DNA of 64,000 bases from positions 20,150,001 to 20,214,000 of the forward strand of contig OX597838.1 in the NCBI GenBank assembly GCA_951406725.2, read 5' to 3'. The DNA is from Octopus vulgaris (lineage: Eukaryota). Of this stretch, positions 29,901 to 44,000 are shown one piece after another (positions within the stretch are counted from its first letter, which is position 1; the number at the start of each line of letters is the position of its first letter). The notes under the pieces are model-generated. The model saw only the letters and a program-made list of their open reading frames with translations. It had not been told where the DNA came from and ran no database searches. The position numbers and the translations under genes were made by a program.

Positions 29901-32900
29901 TATAATCACCGAAGCAAGCATTTGTAATTAATAACTAATAATTTATTCTCAATTTACTATTGAATTAATAATGCCCACCTGGAAACTAATGATCCCTAGG
30001 ATTGTTTGTTACACAAATTTTACCACCAGTAATTTGTTTAAATCAAATTGTGTTGTTAAACAAATTTCATTCAAAATTTTGCAGAAAATGTTATAAATCG
30101 AATTATGTGTATTGTATTGGTGCTGTTAGTACATAATTTTACGTATGGTCCATTGTAAAACAAATGAAAATTTAAGGCAGGGACGTTATTTTTATAAACT
30201 CATTAATATGACGAGATCACATTAGCCATTTAACATTTGCAAAATTCAGAAATTCTCTAATGGAAATTCATAATGTTGGTTTATGTTTGAGTTGTAGGTA
30301 TTTTTTTGAATTTATACTTACGGTTGAAAGTGAAAATAGGGTAGCATAATTGATTTATGAACTTGTAACATCCCAATGAAAATTTTCCAAGTCAAAAACT
30401 CAGAGTAATAATGAATGATAGCCTGGATTAGTTTTCTCTCCTAAAATTCCTTACTACTTTAAAATGAATGTATACAAAGTACACATATATATAGGCGCAG
30501 GAGTGGCTCTGTGGTAAGTAGCTTGCTAACCAACCACATGGTTCCGGGTTCAGTCCCACTGCGTGGCATCTTGGGCAAGTGTCTTCTGCTATAGCCCCGG
30601 GCCGACCAATGCCTTGTGAGTGGATTTGGTAGACGGAAACTGAAAGAAGCCTGTCGTATATATGTATATATATATGTGTTTGTGTGTGTGCCTGTGTTTG
30701 TCTCCCTAGCATTGCTTGACAACCAATGCTGGTGTGTTTACGTCCCTATCACTTAGCGGTTCGGCAAAAAGAGACCGATAGAATAAGTACTGGGCTTACA
30801 AAGAATAAGTCCCGGGGTCGATTTGCTCGACTAAGGCGGTGCTCCAGCATGGCCGCAGTCAAATGACTGAAACAAGTAAAAAAAAAAAGAAACGAAAAAA
30901 GAGTAAAGTTAGTACAATTCTTGTGATGGTGTGTGTTTCATTGATGGCTAATTCAGTACTACCAAGCAGGTAGTTAATAAAAGTTACTTTACCAAAGTAC
31001 AGTATAAACTCCTGTTATTGTGTTTCTGTTAAATTTCACTTAGTTTCAATCAATTTTGAAAATATCGAATTCAAGTAATTTAGTTATTAAGTTGTTGTTT
31101 GGAACATAAAATAACGTGAGATTTTGATCGAAGGTTTCAGTTATGGTCACTTTAAACAAGATTTGTATCATAGACTCATGAGTGGTCTCAGGTGGGTTAG
31201 TATCAAAAGGGTTAATGCTACATTTGTATTAAATATTTTGTTTTCATTATTATGTTTCTTTTTAATCACTATTGAGATATATTGTTAAGCATTTAAAACT
31301 GAACTGATATCTTTCTTTTTTTTTTTGCATGTATTTGATTTATAAAACATTTAAAATTGTTTTTCATCTTCTCAGAAGTGTACATTCTATTACATATTGC
31401 CTTACGAATGAATCTGTTTACTAGTGTTGTGTTCTATATACTTTCATGTTCCTTTCATGGTCTCCATAAAAGTGTTAAATGCACAGATGATAGACAACGA
31501 GATGATTATTGGGCTAAGTTGTAACTGGAGCTAATTTAATAATTATGAATATTTTAAAAATATATGACCCACTGCAAACTAACAGTATGTAATGCTATCA
31601 CCAGGATTTGAATCTTGGTCTATAGAATACCAGTTCATATAGAAAAAAATATTTAACATATGACAAACATAAGCATAATCTTTTAGTATATATTATTATG
31701 TTGTCACATGTAATGCTTACTCACATTGTTTTGAATTAATCACACATTATCTTGGAGATTTAGATGTGATTGTTTATTTCTAGAATGACATTATAGGGTA
31801 GGTGTGAAAAGCTGGTTCTGGTCAGTTTGAACATAAAACTAATAGAATATTGCCATTTTAAATGCTAATAGGTTAAGCATGCTTGCTATAGAAATAAAAT
31901 CCATTGTCATCATAAATTTGTAATGTACTTGGGAGAACAGTATTTAGATAACAGTAGGATAGGTTCCCTCTGCTAGGCAATGAATCTTTCCTTGTTGGTT
32001 ATGATTGTTTTATCAGAAATGAGTTTGGTTCAAGTGATTAACCTCCTTTCGTGCCACAGACCGATTCAAAATGAAAAGTTATTAAGAACATTATTGCATG
32101 TGCAACATGTTGAGCCCAGCAAGGTATGATGCAATTAAGAACAAAACTTGGAAGTGCACCATGACCAGCAAGGTGAAGCAGCATATGGTAGTCTGGTCAA
32201 TACAGTGATTACTTGTGCAGCAGATGGAGTGATATCGATGACAAGTTGTCATTTATTAATGAATTCATCTGTTTCTTGAAAAACACATTCTACCTGATGT
32301 ATTTTATTGGTGCGTCTGGTCACTAAAAACTTATGTAGCAGCTGAAGCACTATTGTCAGAACAGTAAACAATAGAATCATGCTCATATGTTTCTTCAGCT
32401 CTGCACTTTGAATAAAGCTTTCAAAGATTTATTGCTTGCACTCAGAAATTAGTTGGCTGATAACACTTTTGATGCCAACCCAAAACTGCTCTTGGTTCTA
32501 TGATACAAACTTTCTGTTTTAAAGTAATCTGAACTTAAACTTGACTTTAAATTTCATGTTAAGTCCAGTTTCAAGCACCAGGTAAATAAGGGCAAAGTTA
32601 TTTTACTAAAATCTTCTTGATTTTAAAATTGAATTGAAACAAAGGCAGTGTATTTCAGCAGTAATATGGTATCAAAGGTGTTATAATAATGATAATAATG
32701 AAATTATTGTATACAGTGCTCAGGTGCACCACAACTTGTCAGAAAGTGCATATAAAGTACATGTAGTAATGTAAAAATGTCTGGAAAGCAAACAATGTAT
32801 GAGTCAGATACATGCCTGTGTGTGTATGGAGGGGAGAAAATCAGGTGTAGTGTTGGTGAATCTTAGGAAGCATGGAAGTTTTGAAGGATGCAGTGCTCCG

Positions 32901-35900
32901 ACAACTAACAACTGATGCCAGCAGTTTGTTCCATGCTTCAGCAACTCTCAGCGTGAAAAAATGTTTCCTGAAGTCATGGGAGCTGTGCTGTTTTCTGACT
33001 TTGTAAAGTGTTAGATAGAAACTACCTGAGATGTTTTTATTAAGTTCTTCCAAATTCTTTAAATTCTTTTCTCTATGATAAACTCAGAAATGTGATATAT
33101 TTATTTGGTTGGATGAAGTTATTTTGCAACTGCAAAGAAATAAAGGTAATACTTTTTCAAAATAAATTGGCTCTCTCCAGATTTTTTTGCCTTACCTTTT
33201 TGATACCAACCTACCTGAGACTACCCCTTTGATACCAGCTTCCTGTTTTAAAGTGATCTAAATTAAAACCTTCCTTCAAAATTTCATATCAATTTGTTTT
33301 AAACATAGTTCAATAATGAAATTATTATACTAAATTCTTCATTGTTTTTAAAATTCATCGAAATAAAAATAGTTTACTTCAACAGAAATATGGTAACGAA
33401 AGGGTTAAGTTAAAGTTATTCAAACTTATGATAGCCTACCATAGGCTCTTCTAGTTTCTGAATTTCTCTGAATTGCAGATGAGCCCAGTAGACAATGACC
33501 TTCAAATATATTGAAGGTGATGTCTGGCAGATTTCAGTCCCTTTAAATTACCAAACTGAGTAATTAATCCATTTTTAAGTATTAGAAATGAAACGGGAAT
33601 GGTGAAGGAAGAATTGATTTCTTTCATAATGATATTAGTTTGAAACCAAAGTTTAATTATACTCTTACAGTGATTTTTGGTTATAAAGACATTTTAAATC
33701 TCTACCCTGCATTCTGAATCATAAAGATGTATTTTATTTTCCCAACATCATATTTAGTAGAGCAAGGTTTCAATTCTGTTAAGACAGTATGGTGCATGTG
33801 TGTCCTTTTATTTATATATATATATATATAAAAATTTTTTAAAATCATTCACAGCTAGGCTTGTGCAAGTTGTTCCTAGTTTCTGATCCTGAGGTGCTTG
33901 GAGACTAGAAACAAGAAACTCTAAGAAAGACAGGCTCAACTTTGAATAAATTTTATTCCACTCTATCCAAACAGTATTGAGTACTTTTTTTGGGGGGGGG
34001 GGTTAATTGCAATTCATTCCCATGTGAACCCATAACCTCCTGTGTCCTTGTGTGTATAATCATGTTGATACCAACCAATTGCTCTATATATTGTCCCCTT
34101 GTTGACCAAATGAAATTTCATATCGTTCACGTTATGAGATATTGATCAGGATTTTAAGCTTTAATATGTACACTTTATTTATTAGCTACTAAAATAGTTA
34201 GTGCTGATAGGATGCACTAGATGTGAAAGATAATGCAGATTTTATGTTTGTTGTTTAGCTTCCAGTTAGCTTTGATCAAGTAAATCTATGATCAGATATA
34301 TTCCAGCTGTAATAATCCTGTTTTGTGAAGAATATAACTAAGACTATCTAAACCTATCATCTTGTGCAAGAAAGGTGGTGGTAATTTTTCAAATTCTCAT
34401 GTACAGAACACAAATATACAAAGATTTTCTGAAAATTTCCCAAAATAAAAAAAAGTTTTGAGTGGTTACATGGGGTGCCTAAAGCAGAATTCTAATAATT
34501 TTTTTGGCTGGTTGAGTGTCCAAATAGTGATCAATTATATTTAAATGTCTGAGGTTTGAACTCAAAACCAGTTATTCCTAAAACTTTATTTTGTTAAGGT
34601 TATTACTACAGATATTCTATAGAAATTATAGTCAGCACTGATTTTCGCTATGTTTCGTATCAAGATGGTGCACCTGAGCACTGTATACAATAATTTCATT
34701 GTTATTATTATATATAAGATGTCAGATGTAAACAATGAGCTTGAAGACAAAAACGGGTAATGAGTGTGTATGCCATATTTCGGAGGGTTTTGCCCCTTCC
34801 TCAGCACCCATCTAACCCATTCTTGCCGCCGAACACATTGGTTATATAGTCACCGCATACAGCAGTGTTAAGTTATTGGATATACCAATGTTATGAGATA
34901 TTGATAATGATTTTTAGCTTTACATATGTATACTTATTTATCGGTTGCTAAGTGATTAATTAGTGTTGATAGGATGCACTATGTGTGTACCTATGAATCA
35001 TTAAAATTCTTAAAACTGGCCCAAGTCTATATGTATGCGTGGTGGAAATGCATTGAGAAATATAATTTATCTAGGTTAGGTTAGTCTCTGGCGTCTTTCA
35101 TTCTATTATTCAGAGAAATAATTTTAAATATTGATATGGTTTATGTAGCACACTTATGTTATACGCACACACACACACACTTTCTACACCACTTACAGCT
35201 ATATACACAAACACACATTATGTATGTACATGGTGTGTAGGTATGTATATACCTGACAATGGCCAAGCAACTTTCTCTTGTGTTTATTGACCTAAATAAG
35301 TTCTTTTAACATACATCTGTGCTTTTCAATAGGAAAACAAACAGCTGTGAGTGAGAATTTGAGAATTAGCTGAGCTTTTATGAAGGAACTAAAAGTAGGA
35401 CAAGTATTGTTCTATACAAGGAGTTTTTGGTCTTCATGTATGCTAATTAATGGTTCATTTTCTGTCCCTTTAACATCATCCTTTGACTAGTCCCCTACCC
35501 CAAAATTTTAGCTCTTGTTCCTATAGTAAGAATTTTAGCTAATTCAGGAACTGTAGAATAAGGTATAGATTACAGTATCAGGCGAGGGAGTTACTTCTGC
35601 TGCTGACACAATAACTCTCTAAGAAGGTATAGAATAGGGGTTCTCTACCAGGGTCCATATAAAATTTTGTTGTTAAAATTTATCTGCTATAAATTGGTTA
35701 TATTTCCACAGTACATAAAATATTTAAACTTTTTTTTTTTAAGAAGTTGTTCTTAATAATACTTAATTGTAAAAGTGTAATAGGATTTTCTAAACATCGA
35801 GAGACTATGAGGGTCCTGTTGAGTAAAATAGGAATCAAGGGCACAACGTGGTTGAGAACCACTGATGTAGGATGGACTTCATTTGGAAAGGCATGAGTTG

Positions 35901-37468
35901 AGTACGGCCAGATTGGATGTGAAGTATGAGATAAAGGAGAGTTTTGGTTGAGAGTGAGCTCAATAAATGACTGGTCAGTATATAGTAGAGTATATAGAAA
36001 GGCGGCGAGCTGGCAGAAACGTTAGCACGCCGGGCGAAATGCTTAGTGGTATTTCGTCTGCGTTACGTTGTGAGTTCAAATTCTGCCAAGGTCGACTTTG
36101 CCTTTCATCCTTTTGGGGTCGATAAATTAAGTACCAGTTATGCACTGGGGTCAGTGTAATCGACTTAATACCTATGTCTGTCCTTGTTTGTCCGCTCTGT
36201 GTTTAGCCCCTTGTGGGTAATAAAGAAATAAGTATATAGTAGAGAGGGAAGGTGATTTCATTTGTCATATGGATCATGATGAAATGTTTAGAAATGAGAA
36301 TGGATGCGAGCCAAAGATGCTCTGGTATGTCTCAGGATGAGACAATCCACAGTTGAAGTGCTTGGTGACGACATAACTGTTTCAAAAACCTATTTTTTCA
36401 CAGTAAGAAAATGAGCATAAATTTAAGGATTTTATTTTAAATGTTACTTTAGTTAATATTTCTCTTGTTGTGACTGAACACTTTTATTTATTTATTTTTC
36501 CAAGGTTAATTTTGAGTTACGACTAATTTGTTTATAACAATGGTTTTGTTCATTAGTGGCGTTCTGAACCTAATTTCTTTTGTCTCCTTGTAGTTGAAAA
36601 ACAGCATTTTACTGTTTTCAGTGTTTATTAATTGCAGCTGTACCTGATTAAAACATTGCTCGTTGTAGCTTCTGAAAATATTTCAGTGCAGATAAAGCAA
36701 TGAATTAGCAAACAAAAATGTTATAAAGATATAAATATACAGTAAAAGCGTAATTTATAAGGACTGCTAAGTAGTATTGAATGTAGATGTGTACTTTATT
36801 TACAGAAAAACCCTGCAAAAAACAAAAATCTTAGAAACATAAAAGATATTATAACATCCAGTACTGCATTCTTTTGCTTTTTGGGTGTTGCCAAATATTT
36901 TCATTCTATTTCTGTATTTTTATTTTAGTAGCTGGATAGTACATAGTAGTGAGCTAACACAATGTTCAATATTTATGATGTTGAAATAATCATCATCATC
37001 ATCGTTTAACGTTCGCTTTCCATGCTAGCATATGTTGGACGATTTGACTGAGGACCGGCGAAGCAGATGGCTGCACCAGGCTCCAATCTGACCTGGCAGA
37101 GTTTCTACAGCTGGATGCCCTTCCTAACGCCAATCATTCCGAGAGTGTAGTGGGTGCTTTTACATGACACTGGCACGAGGGCCAGTCAGGTGGTACTGGC
37201 AACGGTCACACTCAAATGGTGCTTTTTATGTGCCACCTGCACAGGACCCAGTCCAGCGGCACTGGCAACGATCTTGTTCTAATGTTTTTTCACATGCCAC
37301 CGGCACAAGTGCCAGTAAGGCGACACTGGTGACAATCATGCTTGAATGATGGCATTTACATGCCACCGGCAATGAAGGCAGTCAACTGCTCTGGTAACGA
37401 TCACACTCGGGTGGTGCTCTTAGCGCTCTGAAGAAAATTGTAAGGTGATCACACATCATTTATATATA

Positions 37469-37511
<43 letters not shown>

Positions 37512-40500
37512 GGTTGGCCAGAAGTCACCTGACAGTAAATCAAAACCATTTAATTCCAAGATTTATTTATGTTTAACAACTGAATGAATTTGCTAAAAGC
37601 ATCTGAATATGAAACATCATGAAAATCATTCAAACTGAAGTCCTTCTTGAGTGACATGTTTTTCCATTTGATTGAATTCAGAATTACAGATAGTATTTAT
37701 GGAATTTTGATTTACCGTCAGGTGACTTTTGGCCAACACTGCGTGTGTGTGTGTGTGTAGAAACCTTGCCAGATCAGATTGGAACCTGGTACAGCCTTCT
37801 GGCTTGCCATTCCTCAGTCAAACTGTCCAACCCATGCTAGCATGGAAAGCAGATATTAAATGATGATGAAGAAGATGTGTGTGTGGGTGTCTGTAACTTA
37901 GTGGTTTGGTAAAAGATAATGATAAAATAAGTACCAGGCTTAAAAAGGAAATAGATATTGGGGCCAATTAGTTTGACTAAAATTCCTCAAGGCGGTGCCC
38001 CAGCATGGCCGCGGCCTGATGACTGAAACAAGTAAAAGATACATTTCCCAGTTTGAATTGTATGTCAATCCCTTCAGACAGTTCTGCTGTTCACAAATGT
38101 CCCCTTCCTTTTATGTCCTTAAAACATGGTTTACTTTCGTGAGAACCATATAGCTCTTGGTTGAGTGTCACTGTGCTAAACTATTATAATTAATTTAAAA
38201 GATTGCCATATATCCGGCTTGTTAAAAATGCTTATTACAACATAAACCATATGGAAATGACAGTTATAAAGATAATGTCATCATATGATTTGTTGTTATA
38301 TATATATATTTCCTCCTTCATTAAAATAAGATATTGTATTGCTGTTATTTTAATGCCAGAAGATAAAATTGCAGCAATTTTTGGCAGATAAAAAAATTCT
38401 TGGAATTATAAAGTAGAATTATCTCATGTATTACATTGTATAGACCTGTCTCTTAACAGTGCAGATTACTCCAGTGTAGATTCTAATCTACGTATATATG
38501 GTAACTGGGATTAAGCCAATATTTAGATGCTTAATATATCTAATTAGCTCATGATTGCTGCTTGGAAATGGTGATGTATAGTCACTGAAACTGAATATAG
38601 ACTCCACTCACTATGCATGTAGAGATTGCAATCAATTTGTTCTGTTAGAATTGCTTTTAATTTGCATTTAAAGTCAACTGTTGAGCTCTGTTGTATTAAA
38701 CATCTGTTTACTTCTTAAGAACTGTTTAAATTATCTTAGAAAAACATTCTTATGTGGTTTATGACAGCTGTTTCAGAGTAACAGACCCCTGGAGCAGCCT
38801 AAATAAACTGTTACATTCTATTATGGCATTGAGTACTTTTTTCCCCCCCCCCCCTATACAATAAAATGTATAAATGCATAAAGTCAGGTATGAAAGGTGA
38901 AGATATTTATTTTTCTATTTGACTTACATACATATAGTATTACATAACACTATACATATATCTAGGTATCTGAATGTAGGTTTGTGTATGTATTATATTT
39001 GCATGTGTATGTAAATATAAACATACATACATGTTTGGGGAGTGTGTATAAGTAATGACCTGTTTCATAACCTTTATTCATATATTAATTTCCGTATGTT
39101 TGCATCAATGTGTATATTGAGCATTATACAATATAATTGTATATTTACAAATTAATCCAAAGAAAGAATGCTGACTCCTCATATATATATAAAACGAAAT
39201 TTCCTAACAACTTTATGTACTTTTAAATGATTTTTATCTCCATTTTGAATCAAGATGATTATTTCTGACAGGTGGGGTTAATGATTAAATTTGGAAAAGT
39301 TCACCTACAATTCTAGATTAAAACAAAATCCAAAAACTAAAACAGCTAATGATTTGACACTGTGTTAAGTGTAGATCACATGAGAGAAAGGTTAATTAGA
39401 AATTTCCTTGATGATTGAAAACTAATTTTCTACAAGCTGCTGCTGTTTAGCCCTAGGTTAGTCTTGATTAAACAGACCTGTGATCAAGTATTCAAGCTGT
39501 GATCATTCAGTTTTTTTTTTCTTTCAAGTCAGTTTATCCAGAGCTACATTATTATCGTCTTCCCTTTTTTAAAAACAGTGGGGGAGATTTCACTGCTATT
39601 TCTAGCAGATTGAGGTTGGTATTTTTATCCTTAGGTCAACCCTGATCAAGCAGACCTATAATCAAGGACATTTCTGCTATAATCAATCTATTTTAATATG
39701 TACTATACAATTCTGTGTGTCTTTATTTAAGGTGTGGTAGGTGTGATTTAAGATAGGGTGATGTATTAAAGCAGTTGGTCTATGGCACCTGTGTCTGATA
39801 ATCCTGTAAATCCAATTCTATTACCTCCATGTTGCAAGTTTATAGTAATGAACTTGTATAATTCTGGCAAGTTGAGTGACAACATAAAGGACTCAAGCTG
39901 TGGTAGTTGCACTCGTGTACGTGATGTTACACCCCCGTGGTGCTTGAATATTGTTTGGGTTTAGTACAGTGGTTTGTTTGTTTTGTTGTCATCTCTCACC
40001 TTATACTGAAGTGGTATTAAGTGTATAAAAAAGCACAGTAGGTAGGATGCAGCTGTTGAATGAAAACAGGCACTGGCTGCATTGTGTGTTTATTGCAAAA
40101 AGCTGTTGTGCAGCTGCAATGTTGCTTCTGCATCTGTTATGGTGGGAGAGGAAAAAAAAAATGCAGAGACAAATATTGAAATTCTATGTTAACTCTATTG
40201 TAGAGAGTAAAAATTTAAAAACAGAAACATGCAAGATGGTAAAGCTAATGATGGCGTTCAACATTTTATGATTGATGAAGATATATTCTTGATAATTAGG
40301 TTGTGTGTGATTGTTGTGTAGTCCCACCCCACCATTCCTGACCGAACAGACCAAAACGCTTTCTGGCTATGGTCAGCTTGTCTCTTTATTTTCTCATTTA
40401 AAATGATGTATTACAGCAGTTGGTCTGTAGCACCTGTGTCTGATAATCATGTAAATCCAATTCTACCTCCACGTTGCAAGTTTGTAGTAATGAATTTGTA

Positions 40501-41041
40501 TAATTCTAATATACATCTGTTTTTAATTTTATCATTTACTTAAGACATAGATATTAGATTCAACTTTTTTAAGCTTTCTGTCTACAAATTTATAGACTTG
40601 GGAGGGCATTTATTTACTTAAAATTATTCTGCTATGGTGTTTGTTGTGGTTGGCGTTAGGAAGGGCATCCAGCTGTAGAAACATTGCCAGATAAAACTGG
40701 AGCCTGGTGCAGCCTTCTGGCTTCCCAGATCCCCGGTCGAACCGTCCAACCCATGCTAGCATGGAGAACGGACGTTAAACGATGATGATGATGATGAGAA
40801 CACATGTTATCTTAACTATGAAGTGAAATTGAAGGCATAATTTTTGTTCATTTATATAATATACTGTTAGGGTAAGATCAACAAAAAAGTACTCAATCCA
40901 GTGAGAGATAAATATCATTTAATGTACACAGTACAAGGATATGAGCTAATACTTTCTTGCTTGGAGACACAAGGCGTGTTATAAAAACCTGCCTATACCC
41001 ACATCTCCAAGCAAAAAACTATTAGTAGCTCATCTGGATGG

Positions 41042-41076
<35 letters not shown>

Positions 41077-44000
41077 CGTCCAACCCATGCCAGCATGAAA
41101 AACGGATGTTAAATGATGATTTTATATATATATATATATGGTAATTGTAGTACTAAAAAGTTTTGCAAATTGGATTTTCAACAGAATTTTAGTTTATATA
41201 AACAAAGGTGCACCATAAAGGGAAAATAGCATGAAATTTACCAAAAGTTTGAAGAAAATTACAAAATAAAATGAATTTGCAAATGTATCCATAAATAGCA
41301 CACACACAAAGAAAAATTAAAAGATTAATATAATGAAGCAGACTTTGTAACTACCCTACCGATTAAATTCAAATTTCAGCTAAATAAAATTTTTTGTAAA
41401 AATTGAAAACACAGTAAATTTTCAAATGAAATAATTTATAAAAGTAAAATCACACACACACACAATCATTTCTTTCATGGAAAATTGTAAAACATCTTCT
41501 CTGCTTAATGCAGTCTTAAAGAATGCATGTGGGGAAAGTTGTTTAATTTGATTGTCCACTTGGTGCTTTTCTTTACTGATGTTGGCATACTCCGCAGTCA
41601 CTTGCAACCATCAGCTCTTTTTATGTAGATCTGTTGGATTCAGAGAGATAATCCTTTAACAGGCTTTTGCCTTTCTTCTAAGTTGTTCTTATGAACAGCC
41701 CATCCTTAATTGCATTGCAAATAGTTGCATCCCCTGCGTCCCTGGCAATTTAGTGTACGAATTGCATAACGAGTTATTAATAACTTATCAAGTTGGTAGA
41801 CTTGATAAGAAGAAAAGGTAACAAGTATGGGGTGTGGGACTATCCCAAAGACAAATTTCCCAATATGCCATTACGAAATGTTGGATGATGTACATTTAGA
41901 TATAGATATGTAATTTTACAAGTGGTAACTGGTAGGTTGGTAATGAAAGACCATGGAAGTTTCCAGTGGTAGTGGCTGGGGAGGAAATAAAAAGGTTAAT
42001 GAATTGTCAAATTAATACAATTTCCAGCTTTTACTCCTGGTTACTTTTCTGCTGAGTGGTATATAATACCAAATTGGATTTCCATTATGGCTTTAAAACC
42101 ACACCATATTTTTCACTCTGTTGCATAATCAGTAATATAACTCTACACTTATACAATTGTTTTCACACTTGTAGCAAAGAGGTGCCTATTTTTTTCATTA
42201 TTATTATTATTAGTAGCAGTAGTAAACTTGTGAGAATTTTTTTAAAGACAATAATAATCATTCCTCTCAATTTTTTTTTTTTTTTAATTTGGGGGCATTT
42301 TTGCTGTTTTGATTACTATTTTTAATTGTTTGACATATTTTTGAAATAAATGTTCTGCTTAATGGTTATTATGATAATGCGTGTAATATATCTTTTAAAA
42401 ATATCCTGTATGGAATACTGCTTGATAATACTGGTATTATATATCGTAATCTATGATGATAAGCCAGATTTTACTTGGTGATAGAGCTGAGTGATAAAAT
42501 GCCTTATTTCTTGGGTGTCAACCACCTCCCTAATTTTTTCAATTTTAGTCTTATAGATCACATCTCAACTGATCGACCAACTAGCAGTGATATTTAATTC
42601 TGAATTGCTTGAAATAATGCAATTGCTTTTTATAGCCAAATGTTTCAATTCGCAGAATTGTCAGCATGCTACACAAACTGTTTAGCAGCATTTTGTCTTG
42701 TCTTTACGATCTGAGTTCAAAATCAGTCAAGGTCGACTTTTCAGGGTCGATAAAATAAGTACCAGTTGAAGCACCAACTATCCCTATCCACTGAAATTAC
42801 AGGCCTTATTACCTATAATAGAGAGAATTATTTACTTTATTTTGTATCACAACTGTCAAATAACCTGATAATACTTCCTGGTTGTCCCTTTCTTTTCTGT
42901 CTTTTGAATTTTCAGCCTTAGGATTACAGAAAATAACAGAAATTATAATTATGTATAATTATAGTCTCCCACACATACATTTATATACATACACATATAC
43001 TTGTGCAGTGTCTTTGTTGTGTGTATCGAGGTAACTAAGTGTATATATCAAGCAAATCTCAACACGATCTCAACTACATTGTGTTCCAATGAATGACTTT
43101 AAGCCATTATTGAGTTGAGCCCAGACTTGTGTGTGTGTATATGTGTATAGATGTATGTGTATGTGTGTGTATATATTATACACACACTCTCTCATGCACT
43201 TAAACTAATATTCACTCATACACCTACTCTTATATACACAAGATGACTGTTTTAGGTACATTGCATAATTGCTAACTGATAGGATTTAATCTATCTCTTT
43301 GTAGTTTGTTGTAAACTTTAGTTTGTTTCTTCTATAGTAGATTTATTTCATTTGATTTCATCTTGGAGGTCTTTTCTTTTAACTCTTCTGATGGTCTTTT
43401 TGTGGTGGTTTAGTCTGCATCATGGTTGGTTACTAGGTTCGATAGACGGTCTTTTTGCTCAGTAAGGTGACTTCATTGCATTGGAATATATATCAAAGAT
43501 TGGTTTTCGTTTGTAATTTACTTATTCTAGCAACTTGGACGGTTTTTTTTTTTTTTTTTTGAAGACACAGAAAGTCCAATTGATTTACAGTTATCTACTA
43601 CCCATATCAGGTTTAAATTCTGACTTGGCTGTCACCATCACTATCTGAAATAGTTGCTCTCTTGTCCATCCATACTTTATCATCACCATTCATAACTAGC
43701 TGTCACCACTACTCTCTCTCAAATGAATCACTGCTGTAGTCATCCATAGATTTCTGACACCATCACTGCATATAACTGTTATCTTAGTTTTCCAAATCTT
43801 GCTATCCCCTCCATCTCAAATAGTTGTCTTGCCATCCATACATTGCTTCTTTAATCATCCATATATTGCTGTCTTAACTATCCTTACATTGCTGTCACCA
43901 CCCTCTGAATTTCTGTCTTAGCCATCCACATATTGCTGTTTTAACCATCCATATATTGCTGTCACTACCATGTTAAATAGTTATTTAAGCTTTTTGTCTC

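Noticed and set aside
36515-36525. gttacgact as a third snoRNA copy
   Set aside because: Only a 9-nt match, with no box C and no flanking similarity.
37140-37430. Regularly spaced short repeats resembling a CRISPR array (also 510-670)
   Set aside because: Degenerate internal repeats of a eukaryotic retroposon family. The spacers are related to each other and there are no cas genes.
42453-42490. ATGATGA...CTGA box C/D pair
   Set aside because: Too short (~38 nt), single copy, no recognisable guide.
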